Assembly (NCBI GenBank): GCA_963924565.1
Contig: OZ004609.1
Location: 31,806,001 to 31,870,000, forward strand
Source of the DNA: Ascidiella aspersa
Taxonomy: Eukaryota
Length of the DNA stretch: 64,000 bases
Reading direction: 5' to 3'
In this document: in pieces, positions 61,314 through 64,000 of the stretch
How the letters are laid out: every line of letters starts with the position of its first letter
Numbering within the stretch: the first letter of the stretch is position 1
Translations under genes and position numbers: made by a program
Notes under the pieces: model-generated
Seen by the model: only the letters and a program-made list of their open reading frames with translations
Told to the model about the DNA's origin: nothing
Database searches by the model: none

Positions 61314-61714
61314 TAGGCAGGTCCGATACTTGACATTTTATTCCTACAACGATACCCGATATTTTTGACTTAACGTATCGCGATCTGATCCGATCTCGAA
61401 TGACGTCATTACCATGTGCGAACAAGCAATATAGACGTCATTAAATCATTCAGGGCATTTTCAGGTGTTTTTAGGTCACAATTTGCTTTAGCGAGATAAA
61501 GGTTATTTCTCATTAAGTGATTACCTTTTACTAGGCTTATATATGAGAAATTTGTGTTTAAAGGTAGATATCACTGTGTTGGAGCGCAAATCATCTCTGA
61601 AATTCCTCTCTTAATGTGGTATTGGATCGGCAGCGATACCATCGTAGTATCGGACGAGTAGCGATACTTTAACTTGGCATCGGGCATCGGCTCCGATATA
61701 ATCGGACATCCATC
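61314..61714. mobile_element. Old degenerate hAT-like MITE with CCGAT/ATCGG subterminal repeats
   Basis: Clusters of (C)CGAT(A) on the left and ATCGG on the right; decayed ends GTCCGAT...ATCGGAC; no clear TSD. Confidence 0.45.
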
Positions 61715-61939
61715 CTTGAGTTTGGTTGTATGTAGCGTGATTGAAAAGAAAATTCCTGGGGTTGTAAGTTCGAATCTTGACAGGTGAAGCTGATTTTATT
61801 TTGCAGTTACGTTAAAACTGCGTCGACCAGCTCTTTTTAAAGCAAACTGTAATATTTACAATTTTTTTTTGCTGCCCTATGCGGAATTGTTTGAAACTGA
61901 CTTGTGAATTAACCCAACAGCCTCTCAATATACGTAGTG

Positions 61940-62255
61940 CAGTGGTTCTCAACCGAGGTGCCACGGCGTCTTGGTGTGCCATTTATAATGCATAAGGGTG
62001 TCGATAGATTTTAGAAATTTTTAAGAATTTGATTTTTGCTCAATTGGTAAACTCCTTGATAGAACTATTTGTGTACGATTACAGACCACTAAATCAAATC
62101 ATATTTTTCTACTTGTTTTAAGTTGATTGTGTTCTTCCAGTTTAATTTATAGCAACATTTTAGTAAAATACTCAACAAAAATTCCAGTTGGGTGCCGAAA
62201 ATCTATTTGTTATTTTTGAGGGGTGCCGTAAGCCATAAAAGGTTGAGAACCACTG
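61940..62255. mobile_element. hAT (Charlie/MER5-like ends) MITE
   Basis: 15-bp perfect TIR CAGTGGTTCTCAACC...GGTTGAGAACCACTG; 8-bp TSD ACGTAGTG/ACGTAGGG (one mismatch); GGTGCC subterminal motifs. Confidence 0.9.
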
Positions 62256-63825
62256 ACGTAGGGTGTAAATTTGAAATTCCCATAGTAAAAGTTATTAGCA
62301 ATTGTCACCTCGGCAAATTTACTGCTGCAGACGACACGCATTGGAGGACTTAACCACATTTCACACGCGTCACTAAACTTGACAGAATGGCGTGATTGAT
62401 GAACATTCGCTTGACCCGACCCTGACCCTTTGTGACGTAACAATGACGGAAGACTGTTGCATAAAAGAAGACTATCGCTCCTCAACACGTGAGACCGGTG
62501 TATTTCCTAAACCAATCTGGTTATTAATGTAAGGCACTTTGAGATTGCGAAGTTATAACTTTGAAGCTTCGGCGTTAATTCGTTAAACTAGAGTGAATTT
62601 GCCACCTGCGTGTCATTAGCACAGGGTAATAGAATGATTTCACACTCTCATATAGCGAAATAACAATTATTTTAATCACCACTTTACAACTGTCGGTCGT
62701 GCGTCACTGTACTGCGGAAAAACAAAACAATTTGTCCAGTTCCAAATCCGTTGGTGTAATCTTGGCTAACCAAAATGGTCGTTGACTTACATCAGGGGTT
62801 CTTAAACTTTTTATACGACGAAACACTATTTTTTTTTGCTTTGCATTGACCACAGTAGGCAAGACAATTTCAAAAAAAGAAATTAACGTCACAATACAAA
62901 TATAGACTTCATAAATCTGTTGATTTTGGTCCAAAAAATGTAAAAGTGAAGTAGAATCTAAATATAGTCAGTGCGAAACATTGATTACTTCTCAAATATA
63001 CACTAATATTTCAATATTCATTGTAGGATACCCTAAAACTAGTTAACAAATTATATTACATATTATAAACGTTTTGATGCGATTTTATTTTACACCTGGC
63101 CGCAAGTGGCATTAGTGCTTCACCTGAGAAGACTTACACGCCACGGCATATGCCTTGCGGGGGCTTCAACATACTTCAACTAAAATAATAAACAAGCGAG
63201 CGTCCATTTGTAAAGCTTGTTGCCTAACTTTAGCGAACTGTTACCAAAAACTATAAGCGACCGAAAAAATCGTATTACATCTGTTTTCCCAATTGGAATC
63301 GCATATGTAATGTTTGGTTTTCGCACAACATCTTGGCAGCTTGATTCTATGACGTAAGGTATTTTCGTTGTCTAAGTGCTATTTTTGTGTTTGTTTTTCA
63401 ATGTTCTTAAGTTGCTCAAAAATAAAATAAATCGCGAATCTTGATCTGCCTTTTGGTGTGAAGTAACTTAAATACCTTGTTCAGGAAAATAAAGTGTTGC
63501 ATTGATGAAAAAAGAGTGCTTGTATTGATGTGCACCTAGTCAGTATTATGAGCTAATTTATCTATCAATAAAAATGTTAATACCATCCGACAAATTTTTA
63601 GTTGACGAAAAGGCATCATGTGTTTAAAAACCAGTTCGCCAATTTGTAAAAAGGTCCAAGAACTAAGAAATTCCTCACAATCCCATAACTCGTTATTCGA
63701 GTTGGGCATATTATTTTTCGGTTTGATGAGTAAAAGATAAATACTGGTTTAATATTACAACTCTGAGTCGCACACTATAAACAGCAGATACCCCAAACAT
63801 GTGGTTTACAAAGCAAGTGACATAC

Positions 63826-64000
63826 CTCCGCTTCGATCAGGCGCCACTTCGCCAATCGTCCGCATTTTGCCTTCAATTTTACTTCCGCGAGATGACAGTA
63901 GATGTCCCATCCCGTTCAGCCTCAAACTGGTCTTTGTTCCCGCCGAGGTTGCTGCTGATCGTTCGTCCATCGACGAGGATCGGATTCTGGCGGCTTGTGC
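63826..64000 (-). CDS. Internal coding exon (5'-truncated by the window edge) of the same unidentified gene
   Basis: Only one of three frames is open: AQAARIRSSSMDERSAATSAGTKTSLRLNGMGHLLSSRGSKIEGKMRTIGEVAPDRSG; donor GAG|GTATGT, phase 1; GC-rich. Confidence 0.7.

Noticed and set aside
62309-62506. Possible extra exon of the right-hand gene (EIHRSHVLRSDS...SKFAE)
   Set aside because: Open only in phase 0, incompatible with the phase-1 donor at 63825 and phase-1 acceptor at 60415 unless unseen exons exist. Splice sites are weak.
63476-63535. 60-nt symmetric candidate cassette exon (minus strand)
   Set aside because: Frame-compatible and open, but the acceptor lacks a pyrimidine tract. Not supportable without RNA data.

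Overview
This is eukaryotic (metazoan) genomic DNA: AT-rich, with GT-AG introns, abundant CpG and many short non-autonomous DNA-transposon remnants. The composition suggests an invertebrate chordate such as a tunicate, but that is inference only. Three spliced genes can be rebuilt by hand. (1) A minus-strand delphilin/GRID2IP-like gene has 13 phase-consistent coding exons from ATG 36242 down to 1016, encoding PDZ-PDZ-HN-(Cys-rich linker)-PDZ-HN and a low-complexity tail. No FH1/FH2 is seen in the window, and a candidate stop-containing 14th exon lies at 454-518. (2) A plus-strand gene with two coding exons (54678-55556, 56250-57491; 706 aa) encodes an unrecognised, mostly disordered, motif-rich protein, probably with an ATG-free first exon ending at 44280. 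(3) The 3' end of a minus-strand gene enters from the right edge (63826-64000, terminal exon 60260-60414, ending ...KSVYVL). Non-coding highlights are two copies of a short repeat carrying a minimal hammerhead-ribozyme-like core (22229-22260 and 10871-10901, one next to a perfect 37-bp-arm palindrome, Penelope-like), several hAT-type MITEs with TIRs and TSDs, a fold-back insertion flanked by an 11-bp direct repeat in an intron, and a 36-bp minisatellite. No prokaryotic systems, CRISPR, rRNA or intact tRNA were found. Most ORFs in the supplied track are spurious.
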